A stretch of 64,000 nucleotides of DNA from a virus. The translations under genes and the position numbers were made by a program. Shown here one piece after another: positions 55,546 through 64,000 of this stretch. The stretch spans positions 11,542 to 75,541 of the IMG/VR virus record IMGVR_UViG_3300037459_000226. The stretch is one strand, 5' to 3'. The notes under the pieces were generated by a model that searched no databases, was not told the DNA's origin, and saw only the letters and a list, made by a program, of their open reading frames with translations. Positions within the stretch are counted from its first letter, which is position 1, and each line of letters opens with the position of its first letter.

Positions 55546-55973
55546 CAGAACGTGTGCCTTCTGTCGAGAACAACGGCCTGCTGGTCGACCATCTCTTTTA
55601 CCTGCGCCAAAATCGTCTCGTGCATCTCCTGAACGATTGGCGCGATCAAGGCAGCGATTTCGTCGGCAACGTTCTCCGCCGGCGAGACCTTCACGGTGAT
55701 CTCGTGCTTTACGACGATCTCCCCCTGTCCTGAACTCGGGTTCGCGTTTTCCGATGGTTGGTCATCGACCACGCTCTCCGTAGTGTCGAGCGGTTTCTGT
55801 TCCGCCCAGAAGCGGTCGATGTCTGCCGTGAAGTCTCGAATCTCCTCCGGCGACTCCCGGTCCACAGGATCATCCGCGAGTTCGTCAATGACCGCCTCAA
55901 ACTCCCGAGTCTCGGCGAGACTGCGAAGCTCTTTGATGATTGAGTCAGTGATGTCATTCGGGTCAGGCGACAT
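55545..55973 (-). CDS. Acidic hypothetical tail-module protein
   Basis: 142 aa, immediately after the tail tube. Confidence 0.55.
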   Translation of the reverse strand: MSPDPNDITDSIIKELRSLAETREFEAVIDELADDPVDRESPEEIRDFTADIDRFWAEQKPLDTTESVVDDQPSENANPSSGQGEIVVKHEITVKVSPAENVADEIAALIAPIVQEMHETILAQVKEMVDQQAVVLDRRHTF

Positions 55974-56859
55974 GCGTCACTTCAAGCTCTTTCGTGTTGG
56001 CAGTCTCGAACGCTTTGTATCGCAACGGCAATCTGATCTGCCGCTTGCCCCGGACGACGGAAGGGGAACGCGGGAACGACTTCAGGTTCGCGAATGTGAA
56101 CGTGGTCGACTGCGCGCCCTTTGTAAATACCAGCGTGCCAGCGGTTCCGGCCACAGACCCAACCGGCGTCGTGTACAGCGTCGTCTCATCCGACGTGTAC
56201 GGCGTCGAGGTCGCCAAAAATATACCGCGGTCCGCGGCGGTGATGTCGGTCGCGGTGAGAGAGTTGTTGAATTCCCTCTCAAGGCGGTTGTCGATGACCA
56301 AAATGAAGCGGTCGAACAGCCGCGTCGCGCTAATGAGGGTCAGCACGCCTTCATTGAAAACGTAGGGCTGTTCGACTGAATCGGTGATTACCGGGAAGGA
56401 TCCGGAAGACGCCTCCGACTCGTCTGTACCGATAATCTGGAGTTGGAGCCGAATCGGTTTTCCCTTACGGCCGCTGAAGATTGCACGGTTCACATAGCAG
56501 GTCGTGTAGGTGTGGACCTTTGCGACCCGGTCGATCATCACCTGAAACGCGGGCACGGTCTCGGCCAGTGAGAAGACGTTTCCGACTGCCGCTGCCCCAA
56601 GTATTCGCGGGAACAGATCGTCGAGTTCCTCCGGCGTGGGGTTCATATTGATAGGTCCGCCGACAAAGACGGGACCATCATTGACTCGATCCTGAAGGTG
56701 CGATCGCGTCCCGCGCAGGTTTTCGTCGCCATCGTCGATCAATTGGCGGTCCGCCACCAGATCTTCCGTGAGGAAGTTGTACGGCTCGCTGCTGGTGTCG
56801 AACGGCAGTACCGCGTCCATCGCGAGTCGACTGAAGGCACCTTGCGATTGTCCCGACAT
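55963..56859 (-). CDS. Tail tube protein
   Basis: 298 aa; LRGTRS, VGG.I...P, DR....TY..C.V, IDN.L pattern of phage tube proteins. Confidence 0.7.
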   Translation of the reverse strand: MSGQSQGAFSRLAMDAVLPFDTSSEPYNFLTEDLVADRQLIDDGDENLRGTRSHLQDRVNDGPVFVGGPINMNPTPEELDDLFPRILGAAAVGNVFSLAETVPAFQVMIDRVAKVHTYTTCYVNRAIFSGRKGKPIRLQLQIIGTDESEASSGSFPVITDSVEQPYVFNEGVLTLISATRLFDRFILVIDNRLEREFNNSLTATDITAADRGIFLATSTPYTSDETTLYTTPVGSVAGTAGTLVFTKGAQSTTFTFANLKSFPRSPSVVRGKRQIRLPLRYKAFETANTKELEVTHVA

Positions 56860-56863
56860 CAGT

Positions 56864-57379
56864 TCACTCCACCGTTACGCCGCCGCGAACCTCACACGAC
56901 CAGAAGGTCACAACTATTCCACCAACGAACCGCTCTGCTCGGACGAAGAGAGTCTCGTCCACCGTGTCCACAACGTTGACCGTAACGAGATAAAGCTCTG
57001 CGATCGACAACGGCTGCTGATTGCGGAAGAACCGTCCGATCTTCTCCTGCCAGTGCAGCCACGTTCGGAGGTTCTCCTCATCGCCACGGTCTCCCAGATC
57101 GGAATCAATGACCTGGAACAGCACCGGGTACTGGATGTAGTCGCGGGCGTTCTCGCCTGCTTGTGGGTCTATATTGATCTTCAGCGACGGTGTGATGATG
57201 ACGCCCGGCGTCGCTTCATTGACGAATCCCGCTTCGAACTGCTTTTGCCTGTGGGACTTTCGGATGACGATGTGGTCATCCGTGATCGCTTTGGTCGAAT
57301 CAGTCCCCTTGATCTCCCACACGAACGTTCGGAGGGCCGTCTGGGACTTGGTCAGGATGTTCCACAGCACCTCGGCCAT
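56864..57379 (-). CDS. Tail terminator/completion-like protein
   Basis: Start MAEVLWNIL; lies between the adaptor and the tube; PGVIITP..D.I.YPV. Confidence 0.5.
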   Translation of the reverse strand: MAEVLWNILTKSQTALRTFVWEIKGTDSTKAITDDHIVIRKSHRQKQFEAGFVNEATPGVIITPSLKINIDPQAGENARDYIQYPVLFQVIDSDLGDRGDEENLRTWLHWQEKIGRFFRNQQPLSIAELYLVTVNVVDTVDETLFVRAERFVGGIVVTFWSCEVRGGVTVE

Positions 57380-57525
57380 CTGCTGAAACCCCGCCGATGT
57401 AGTTCGTGTATTTGTCCAGGAAGTAAGCGTGCCGCTGAACGAAGTCGTGCTCTCCGCTCTCCGTCGCGAAGTACGGCCCCGTTGGACCGGTGAACTCAAA
57501 TCTGTGTCTGTTCATGCGGCCGTAT

Positions 57526-58698
57526 TCAATCCGCAGCAGCGCCGCCGACGATTGTGGGTTTCCGATACGGATCATAATAGTTCGGCTTCGGTGTCGAGCG
57601 AGTCGTCAACTGATCTCGCTCCAATGCCAGCAACAAGGCGTGCCGCGCTTCCACCCACTTTGCTTCGCGATTCTTCATGGTCTGGAGTGTAGCAAACTCG
57701 GCTTCTGCCAAACGCTGTAGCGGAGTCATCATCTGCGACGGGACGATGTCGAGCGGGTCTGAAATGACGTACTTCACGGTGGTCAGGGTCAACGACGAAT
57801 TCTCGTCGAGAGTTGCCGTCACGTCGCCGTCACGACTGATGATCACCCTTTGCTGACGGAACGGGTTGTCGACGTCGTCAATGTCTCCCACCACGCTCGT
57901 CGGCAGATCGGTTCCGTTGGGAGAAAACCTGATGATCGACCCGACACAGTTGTGCGGCAGAACTCCGGCATCAAACGTCACGCTGGCGCTGCCACTGGTT
58001 GCGGTCACCAAGTCGGACGAGTGCTTGTAGATGCCCAGTTCTCGCGGGGCCGCTTGGTAGAGAAACTCGTACGTTCGTTTCGTGGACGGGGGCGGGCCGA
58101 ACTGCAACGAGAACCCGCCGAGATACTCCCCGACGTTCACAATCGTCGCATACCAGGGATTGCCCGGCGAGTCGTAATAGTAAACTCGCTGCGCATGCAA
58201 CTCGTCGGGGTGCGTGAATCCGATCGGGTAGTTCCCGACCAGATCGAAAAGACGACCGAACTTCCTGAAGTTCACCGGGAGCGGATACGTCCCGCGGTAG
58301 ACCGTATAGCTCGATCCGGCGGCCACGTCCGCACCCGGATTACTGTTGACCGTCAGCACGATGTTGGTCGTGTCTGTAGCGGATTCGATGTCGTAGTGCG
58401 TGTCGCCGATGATCAGGTGGTAGAACTCCACGTCGCTCGGCCACGTCGCGCCGGTCAGCAGAACAGTCCGCGTTGACTGCGTGTACGTGATCGTCCCGGT
58501 GGTCTGGGACGCAACCGTGTCGAACGTGAACCGACGGTTTGCAAAGTAGTTCCACGAATGCTCCAGAGTCAGATCGTTGTAGGCATTCAGCACGGCGCGC
58601 CGTGCGTTGCGAACGTTCCGGCCCGTCTTCCGGGCGTCCACGACGTCCAGGACGTGCTCGACCAGATCTTGGTACGTCCAAATGGTCAGTTCTGCCAT
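57526..58698 (-). CDS. Head-tail adaptor protein with inserted beta domains
   Basis: TYQDL..HV...A..AV..AY..L....W, YPLP.NF, G.P.YA, P.P...TY...Y. Confidence 0.65.
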   Translation of the reverse strand: MAELTIWTYQDLVEHVLDVVDARKTGRNVRNARRAVLNAYNDLTLEHSWNYFANRRFTFDTVASQTTGTITYTQSTRTVLLTGATWPSDVEFYHLIIGDTHYDIESATDTTNIVLTVNSNPGADVAAGSSYTVYRGTYPLPVNFRKFGRLFDLVGNYPIGFTHPDELHAQRVYYYDSPGNPWYATIVNVGEYLGGFSLQFGPPPSTKRTYEFLYQAAPRELGIYKHSSDLVTATSGSASVTFDAGVLPHNCVGSIIRFSPNGTDLPTSVVGDIDDVDNPFRQQRVIISRDGDVTATLDENSSLTLTTVKYVISDPLDIVPSQMMTPLQRLAEAEFATLQTMKNREAKWVEARHALLLALERDQLTTRSTPKPNYYDPYRKPTIVGGAAAD

Positions 58699-58703
58699 TG
58701 CGC

Positions 58704-58738
58704 TTGTCTCGCCGTGAGTGTTGGCGTATACTCAACAC
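58704..58738 (+). promoter_or_regulatory. Sigma70-like promoter of the recombinase, overlapped by an inverted repeat
   Basis: TTGTCT-N17-TATACT; GTGTTG...CAACAC palindrome surrounds the -10 box. Confidence 0.6.
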
Positions 58739-58752
58739 CCGGAGGGAAAGTC

Positions 58753-59715
58753 ATGCCGCTTGACGTTACGAGATTCATCGAATCCTACCGGCCGGTTGTG
58801 TTCGGATACGGGCGGATGAGCACCGACAAACAGCAGCTTTCCGTACCGCTCCAGATGAAAAAGACGGAGGCCTACTTCGTTGACTTTCAGAATTCAGGGA
58901 GGTTCGGTGTGGACCCGGCGTGGGGAGGGTGGTATGCGGACAAGGCCGTCTCCGCCAGCACGACCCCGCTGACGGAACGCCCTTACGGTCAGGCGATGAT
59001 GTCCCGCCTGCGGCCGGGGGATCATATCATTACTGACCACTCGGATCGAATGTTCCGGTCTCTTCTGGACCTGTGCAGCAACTTCGAGAAGCTCAAGGAA
59101 ATGAACATCAGCCTGCACATCGTTACGTTCCCAATCGACATCAGCACGGCGGAGGGGGAAGCATTCTTCAAAACGATGGGTGTGTTCGCCGAGCTGTTTT
59201 CGAAGATGGCTGGCCGGCGTGTTCGGGAGAGCAGGGCGTATCGGAGAGAGCAAGGCTTGCCCTGCGGAGTAGCGCCTGTTGGCTGGAGTGTCAAGAAAAA
59301 CGGGCACGGAAAAAGGGGGTTCGTAAAGGACGAGCGAGCTGTGCAGATTGCCTACCGGGCAGCACGCTACTACGTGGAGCATGCCGACTGCAATCTTTGT
59401 GAGACGGTGCGGTGGATGTCCGACAACATTCGCGAGCCCACCGGGAAGCCCCGATGGGGAGAAATGCGAGTCAGGTGTCTGGTTGCCGCGTTCAGGCATC
59501 GGTTTCCGCTCCCCAACTTCACGACACCGATGAAAGAGATTGACCAGCTCTACGAGGGTTGGTACTACCGGGCGATAGAGTTCGAGACGGTCTCGATGCA
59601 GGTGTCAAAGCGCCGCGCCGCCATCGCCGCGGACGCAGCCGCCGCTATTACGGATCCGGATAGTGAGTCCCGTGTTCTGCTACCACCTTCTCACGTAGTT
59701 CGCCGAGCTTCTTAG
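58753..59715 (+). CDS. Serine recombinase (resolvase/invertase catalytic domain plus short recombinase-like region)
   Basis: YGRMST.KQ, D.AVSA, RP.G, DRMFRS, FAEL, G.AP.GW; start reassigned to MPLDVTRF after GGAGGG. Confidence 0.9.
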   Translation: MPLDVTRFIESYRPVVFGYGRMSTDKQQLSVPLQMKKTEAYFVDFQNSGRFGVDPAWGGWYADKAVSASTTPLTERPYGQAMMSRLRPGDHIITDHSDRMFRSLLDLCSNFEKLKEMNISLHIVTFPIDISTAEGEAFFKTMGVFAELFSKMAGRRVRESRAYRREQGLPCGVAPVGWSVKKNGHGKRGFVKDERAVQIAYRAARYYVEHADCNLCETVRWMSDNIREPTGKPRWGEMRVRCLVAAFRHRFPLPNFTTPMKEIDQLYEGWYYRAIEFETVSMQVSKRRAAIAADAAAAITDPDSESRVLLPPSHVVRRAS

Positions 59716-60229
59716 GATCCGCTTTGCATTTGGCGGCCGTGTCGGGATCGGCTGCCAGCGATCTCCGCATCATCTCATTCTGAAGATCTGTTGCCAGGGC
59801 AACTCTCTTCACCGGCGGCAACGGTTTGTCGGCTTTGCGGTGCAGCGCGCCGTCCATCGTCAGATCCTTGGCCTTGCAAATCGTGTTGACGTCTTCAGCA
59901 CACGTCACCCACGCATCTGGCTTGTCGTACCCTCCGAGACCGGAGACGTGAGTCTTTCCGTTGGTGCTGATGCCGGCCCGAGCGGCGATCGACTGCATCT
60001 TGAGCCGGTTGTAGTCGCTCATGCCGTTCATCTTCCGCGTCAGACCCTCTTCGTAGGTCCGGTGCGAGTTCATCATCTGCGGCGCCTGGCGCATGGCAAT
60101 CATCTCAGCGAAGACCGGACCGCCGCCTTTCTGAAGACTTTCGAGGTAGAGGGCCTGCGTTTCCGGCGGCTGTCGGGCCATCTGCTGCTCGATGAATTCG
60201 ATCCGACGTTCTTCTGAGATTCCGGCCAT
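59648..60229 (-). CDS. Hypothetical head-module protein
   Basis: 193 aa; AGGAG SD; 3' end overlaps the recombinase by 68 nt. Confidence 0.7.
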   Translation of the reverse strand: MAGISEERRIEFIEQQMARQPPETQALYLESLQKGGGPVFAEMIAMRQAPQMMNSHRTYEEGLTRKMNGMSDYNRLKMQSIAARAGISTNGKTHVSGLGGYDKPDAWVTCAEDVNTICKAKDLTMDGALHRKADKPLPPVKRVALATDLQNEMMRRSLAADPDTAAKCKADPKKLGELREKVVAEHGTHYPDP

Positions 60230-60241
60230 CTGTGACTCCTG

Positions 60242-60397
60242 TTAGCCGAACACCTTTACGATGACATGAGTAAGCGTAAATCCCGCAAACAGCGAAAACA
60301 GTCCAAAGATGGCGATAAGACGACATCCGTTGTTCCACAATGCGAGGGTCACGAACCCAAACACGCCTATCAGCACGCCTAACAGAGCGTCATTCAT
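60242..60397 (-). CDS. Small two-TM membrane protein (not in ORF track)
   Basis: MNDALLGVLIGVFGFVTLALWNNGCRLIAIFGLFSLFAGFTLTHVIVKVFG, 51 aa. Confidence 0.55.
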   Translation of the reverse strand: MNDALLGVLIGVFGFVTLALWNNGCRLIAIFGLFSLFAGFTLTHVIVKVFG

Positions 60398-60429
60398 CAG
60401 ATTATCCCGCAACCCCGTTGAGTTTTACG

Positions 60430-60615
60430 TCACGCCGCCTGTCGTCTTGTCCCAAGAGTGAGTTCTGCCGCTGGGTGGTCGTCGTCCCTCCAGTGATCGG
60501 CGTAGTAATCCTCGACATCTCGGTTCAGTAAGCGGATGTGATATTCAAGATTGCGCTTTGCAACCTTCACCCGCCGGATTCGGGCAACGATAAAGTTCTC
60601 GTCGACATGCCCCAT
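60430..60615 (-). CDS. Small hypothetical protein
   Basis: 61 aa, directly after the portal. Confidence 0.5.
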   Translation of the reverse strand: MGHVDENFIVARIRRVKVAKRNLEYHIRLLNRDVEDYYADHWRDDDHPAAELTLGTRRQAA

Positions 60616-60616
60616 G

Positions 60617-62680
60617 TTACGCCGCCTGTCGTTGTCGTTGACCGTTCATTCGGGTTCGCTGCTGGTGGGCCTCTTGCGCGATGCGCATCTGCTGGCCGCG
60701 CTGCATCATCTGCATCTCGTGCGATTCAGCCTGCTGCATCATCTTGGCCTGATCGGATTCCCCGTTGCCCCCCTCCTGTCCCTGCCCCGGCTGCTGCTCC
60801 GGCAATTGGATTTGGGCGCCGGTGGTGTCGAGCTGCATCGCATCGCCCCAAGCGTTGATGAACCAGTTCCACGGCTTCGCGTACCCGCCCATCAACATCT
60901 CCTGCATGACCGGCAGCGCGTACTGTCCCAGCTGCACGAGGTTCTCGATCCGCGTCGCCAAGTTAGGCTTGCGCGCACTCCCGGCTTCGATGCGGAAATC
61001 GAAGTCCCGCACGATCACAGCCGGATCGTCCGTTCTGATCTGAGAATCCCAGACGTACGCCGCCTCCGGACCCACTACCGGCTCCAGATCCTTTCCCGAA
61101 CAAATCCACCGCGCGGCTTGGATCTCCTTGGTGACGGTTCGGCTCAGGCATTCCTCCGTCTGGTTGGCCATGTCGTCCGGACGGACGCTGATGTTGGAGT
61201 TGCGCATATTGGCTTCGGTCGCGCTCCGGATCTGCGTATCGGTCATCCCGTACATCAATGGTGTCAGGCCGAGACCCTTGTCGATCTGATCTGTGACCTG
61301 GGCGACCATCTCCCAAATCGAGGAGTTGAATTCCGGTGACGAGATGAAGCTGACGACGTCCGTGATCGTTTTCCCGAACAGATCGGAGATCTCGATAATT
61401 GTGTACGGCCCGTAACCGCTGACGATCTGTTCCTGAATGTCCTTCCCGGCCGCCTTCACGATCCCGATGTAGTCGTGGCAGGACGCGGCCACCTTGTCGG
61501 CAAGGAAACTCATGCACCAGTTGACGAATCGCATCTGCCCGATGACCGGCTTGACGAGGCTGATCGGCCAGACCGTCTTCGCCTTCTCGTAGAAGTACAA
61601 CGCTTCGAACGGCCAGCCGCCCTCGATCGAGAACAGCGGGATGGGCCACTGAGCGCGCAGGAAGAGATCGTCGAATGATTCGGTCATGAACGCTTCGGTT
61701 GGCATGTTGAGCGGGAACGGAATGTCCTTCCCCACCGCGAGGTAACAGACGTCGCCGAACATCTGGAAGTTGGCGTTCGCGCGGATATGGGCGGTGTGGT
61801 CGCCCTTGAGCCGCTGCCCGAATCCATTCTTCGAGTAGATCTCCCAGTATTCGATTATGTCGTGGCTGAGGCCGGATGCGGTTCTCTCGACCATGTCGGG
61901 AGTGTGGCCGTAGACCTGTGCCTGCGCCTGAATCGACGTGTAGTGGCCGTACTGTTTCAGCGCGTCCTCTCCGAGCTGGAATTTATCCTCGACCACATTC
62001 CGAGGTTGCCGACGTCTCCTCGCGACCCATTGCACGTCTTCCCAGTATTCGGCATCGGGGTCGACGACAACGTCCTGCTCGCTGACGAACCGGCTGATCG
62101 GACGACGGATACCGAGTTTCGGCATCTCCTCAATTTCCGTCCAGAAGAACGAGAGTCCCGTGATCACCGCTTCTCCGATCACACGCCGGCCGTGCTTCCG
62201 TTTTTCGGTGTCGTACTGGATCCAGTTCGAGTAGTCCTGAATGATCTGGGCGTGTGCCTCCTTGGCCCGCCGCTGGTACTCCTTGCGAATCGTGTAGTTG
62301 TAATGCTGCTGCACGTCCATCGGGTTGGTCGGGTTCAGGCCGAGCGCTTCCAGGGGCAGCGTGCGATGTTGACGAGCTGTTGCCAGCACGGTTGGATTCT
62401 GGTGGTAGAGTGCCGGCCCGTAGAGCGCGACCGCTTCGAAGATCCTGTTGACCGTCATCTTGAAGTTCGGCTCGATGTTGCCGACTTCTTTGTTGAGGAA
62501 GCCGCCCTCACCCGATGCGTACTCCGGCTCCCACATGAAGTTGTGATTGCCGTCGAAGAACTTCCGTGCCTCCAGCGCGTACTTACCGAACTTGTCGAAT
62601 TTGACGTCTCCGGCAAGTTTGATCGCGTGTAGCCACTGCTGGCACAGTCCCATCATGGGGTGTTCGTGCATGCTCTCCAT
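60617..62680 (-). CDS. Portal protein (podovirus/P22-like)
   Basis: 687 aa, downstream of the terminase; VVVDPDA..W....WVA, G......G..RSATEA, DF.IEAGS and Q-rich tail. Confidence 0.8.
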   Translation of the reverse strand: MESMHEHPMMGLCQQWLHAIKLAGDVKFDKFGKYALEARKFFDGNHNFMWEPEYASGEGGFLNKEVGNIEPNFKMTVNRIFEAVALYGPALYHQNPTVLATARQHRTLPLEALGLNPTNPMDVQQHYNYTIRKEYQRRAKEAHAQIIQDYSNWIQYDTEKRKHGRRVIGEAVITGLSFFWTEIEEMPKLGIRRPISRFVSEQDVVVDPDAEYWEDVQWVARRRRQPRNVVEDKFQLGEDALKQYGHYTSIQAQAQVYGHTPDMVERTASGLSHDIIEYWEIYSKNGFGQRLKGDHTAHIRANANFQMFGDVCYLAVGKDIPFPLNMPTEAFMTESFDDLFLRAQWPIPLFSIEGGWPFEALYFYEKAKTVWPISLVKPVIGQMRFVNWCMSFLADKVAASCHDYIGIVKAAGKDIQEQIVSGYGPYTIIEISDLFGKTITDVVSFISSPEFNSSIWEMVAQVTDQIDKGLGLTPLMYGMTDTQIRSATEANMRNSNISVRPDDMANQTEECLSRTVTKEIQAARWICSGKDLEPVVGPEAAYVWDSQIRTDDPAVIVRDFDFRIEAGSARKPNLATRIENLVQLGQYALPVMQEMLMGGYAKPWNWFINAWGDAMQLDTTGAQIQLPEQQPGQGQEGGNGESDQAKMMQQAESHEMQMMQRGQQMRIAQEAHQQRTRMNGQRQRQAA

Positions 62681-62698
62681 CCTCGATACGGCTGGCGA

Positions 62699-63082
62699 TC
62701 ACCAGTTTGTCCAGAACTCAGCGTCGTCCCCGAACTCGTCGATGAATTTCTGCGTGATCTCGTTCTGCCACGGCTCTCCCTGTTCCAGCAGACCGCTGCC
62801 GATGTAGGTTGACCCGCCGTTGTGGATTTCTTGGTGATCGCAAAGGAAGTGCCACCAATCTCGATACTCCGGACAAGCCCGAAGTCCATCTTCCGAAGGC
62901 TTGTATCTGTTGTACTGCTCTCGACTGTTATCGTTAATTTCACCGTGCTTCCTGCACCAGTCATCGTAATGATCTCTTGTGTTCTGAGTGTCGCGAATGT
63001 CGTAGCCGAGAAGGCTCTCGACCCACTTCCGCGCATCAACCCAGTCAACGCAAGACATTGTCGTTGTGGCTGGCTTCATCAT
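62699..63082 (-). CDS. Hypothetical protein
   Basis: 127 aa; ATGA coupled. Confidence 0.6.
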   Translation of the reverse strand: MMKPATTTMSCVDWVDARKWVESLLGYDIRDTQNTRDHYDDWCRKHGEINDNSREQYNRYKPSEDGLRACPEYRDWWHFLCDHQEIHNGGSTYIGSGLLEQGEPWQNEITQKFIDEFGDDAEFWTNW

Positions 63083-63612
63083 TCGGCCACCGCCTCTTGG
63101 TCACCGTTCGACTTCGCGGCCTCCGCAGCATCGGCCTTGGCTTTCTCGAATTCGTCCTTCACTGCGGCGTCGACGTCCTGCTGTGCATACTTCTCGGCGG
63201 CTTGTGTCAGGGTCAGGCCAGTTGCCTCCTGAACGACGCGCTCCAGCAGGGCAACCTTTGCCGCAAGCTCGATGACGAACTTCGTGCCTTCCGTGAAATC
63301 CCAGCCGCCGTTGTCACGGTAGCCTTTCTTGTAGATCACCTTCGGGTCGTCGCAGTGAGGAACCCCTTCCTGCAAGGTGCGCAGTTGCGGCATCCAGACG
63401 TCAATTGTACGAGAGCCGATGCGAGTGACGAACCCGAGTTCCACTCTCGTGGACATCGTGCCTGCCCTTCGCCTCTCTTTCTCGACGCGGATCCCGTTGG
63501 GATGCCACTCGACAGTCTGGCAGACGGTCGGTCTCGGCATTTTGAACTGTTGAATCAATTGCGACAATTCGGGGCTGTTAATGTCCGGCTGTTGCGTTGC
63601 TACCGTGCTCAT
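63079..63612 (-). CDS. Hypothetical protein
   Basis: 177 aa; GGGAGG SD. Confidence 0.65.
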   Translation of the reverse strand: MSTVATQQPDINSPELSQLIQQFKMPRPTVCQTVEWHPNGIRVEKERRRAGTMSTRVELGFVTRIGSRTIDVWMPQLRTLQEGVPHCDDPKVIYKKGYRDNGGWDFTEGTKFVIELAAKVALLERVVQEATGLTLTQAAEKYAQQDVDAAVKDEFEKAKADAAEAAKSNGDQEAVAE

Positions 63613-63615
63613 CGT

Positions 63616-63999
63616 TTACCTCCCGGTCGGGCCTAAAGTGAATCTGTCTGAGGGCGCACCCGCCAGACTTGAACGCATCTGTTGCCGCATCTGATCGCGG
63701 GATTTGATCACGCGGTCCACGAACGTCTCCTGAACGACGCGCCTTGGAGGTTTTACGTATGCGCACCCGTGGGCCGCAAGGTACTCCAGGCATTCCATCA
63801 GGTGCACGTTGGCCTTTCGGTTGATTTCGTCCGTCACGACATCCATGCCCGTCATTCGGACCACCTTCTTCCTGGCCCGCTTCATCTCGGTACACAAGTT
63901 GGGACATCGCTCAACCACGACCAGCAGGATTGGCAAACCATTTTCAGGTCGGATCTCAATCCAGCGACGAAGCGCAAGTTCCCGACCCTTAATGTCGTC
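63616..63999 (-). CDS. Terminase large subunit, C-terminal part (runs off the window)
   Basis: Open frame from the window edge DDIKGRELALRRWI...P.L.V..RCPNL..E...H.MECLEY resembles the terminase nuclease C-terminus; lies upstream of the portal. Confidence 0.7.
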   Translation of the reverse strand, partial: DDIKGRELALRRWIEIRPENGLPILLVVVERCPNLCTEMKRARKKVVRMTGMDVVTDEINRKANVHLMECLEYLAAHGCAYVKPPRRVVQETFVDRVIKSRDQMRQQMRSSLAGAPSDRFTLGPTGR

Positions 64000-64000
64000 G

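Larger units (their letters stand above)
1..64000. mobile_element. Tailed dsDNA phage or prophage genome segment (Caudoviricetes-like, probable Planctomycetota host)
   Basis: Terminase C-terminus, portal, tail tube, Bet/YqaJ, DnaB, RusA and many small hypothetical genes in two long strand-coherent blocks; no host housekeeping operons. Host assignment is inference. Confidence 0.9.

Noticed and set aside
1-64000. Genome-wide UGA reassignment (genetic code 4 or 25)
   Set aside because: Most well-recognised genes end at TGA, often in ATGA or TGATG overlaps, and long genes have no internal TGA. Any readthrough must therefore be site-specific.

Overview
This 64-kb window is part of a GC-rich tailed dsDNA phage or prophage genome. 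The host is probably a planctomycete; this is inferred from CsrA, RimI-like acetyltransferase, trypsin-like protease, Tat-signal and alpha/beta-hydrolase cargo genes. Bases 1-13795 are a + strand block of mostly small early-type genes. Bases 13797-64000 are almost entirely - strand. Reading from the right end, the - strand carries the terminase C-terminus, portal, head-tail adaptor, tail tube and other tail proteins, a glycosyltransferase/methyltransferase pair, two internal-virion-like proteins, an XRE repressor, CsrA, an SMC-like ATPase, YqaJ and Bet/RecT, an RNA ligase, a replication initiator, three DNA-modification enzymes, DnaB, a HerA-like ATPase, RusA, RimI, a protease/hydrolase/membrane module and a large fibre-like protein. 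A + strand serine recombinase interrupts the structural block. No major capsid or tape-measure gene was recognised. The most notable observations are: (1) two early genes each split by a single in-frame UGA followed by near-identical SECIS-like hairpins, making them candidate phage selenoproteins or programmed readthrough genes; (2) a 1.6-kb transposase-less element with perfect 25-bp inverted repeats and an 8-bp target duplication, which inserts a Panacea antitoxin and a truncated toxin into an HNH-like gene; (3) two more single-gene cassettes flanked by a shared inverted-repeat motif; (4) a 246-nt RNA with tRNA-like ends and a separate ~220-nt pseudoknotted intergenic RNA; (5) repeated promoter-like and leader motifs that delimit gene modules. 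All family assignments come from motif recognition by eye; no database searches were run.
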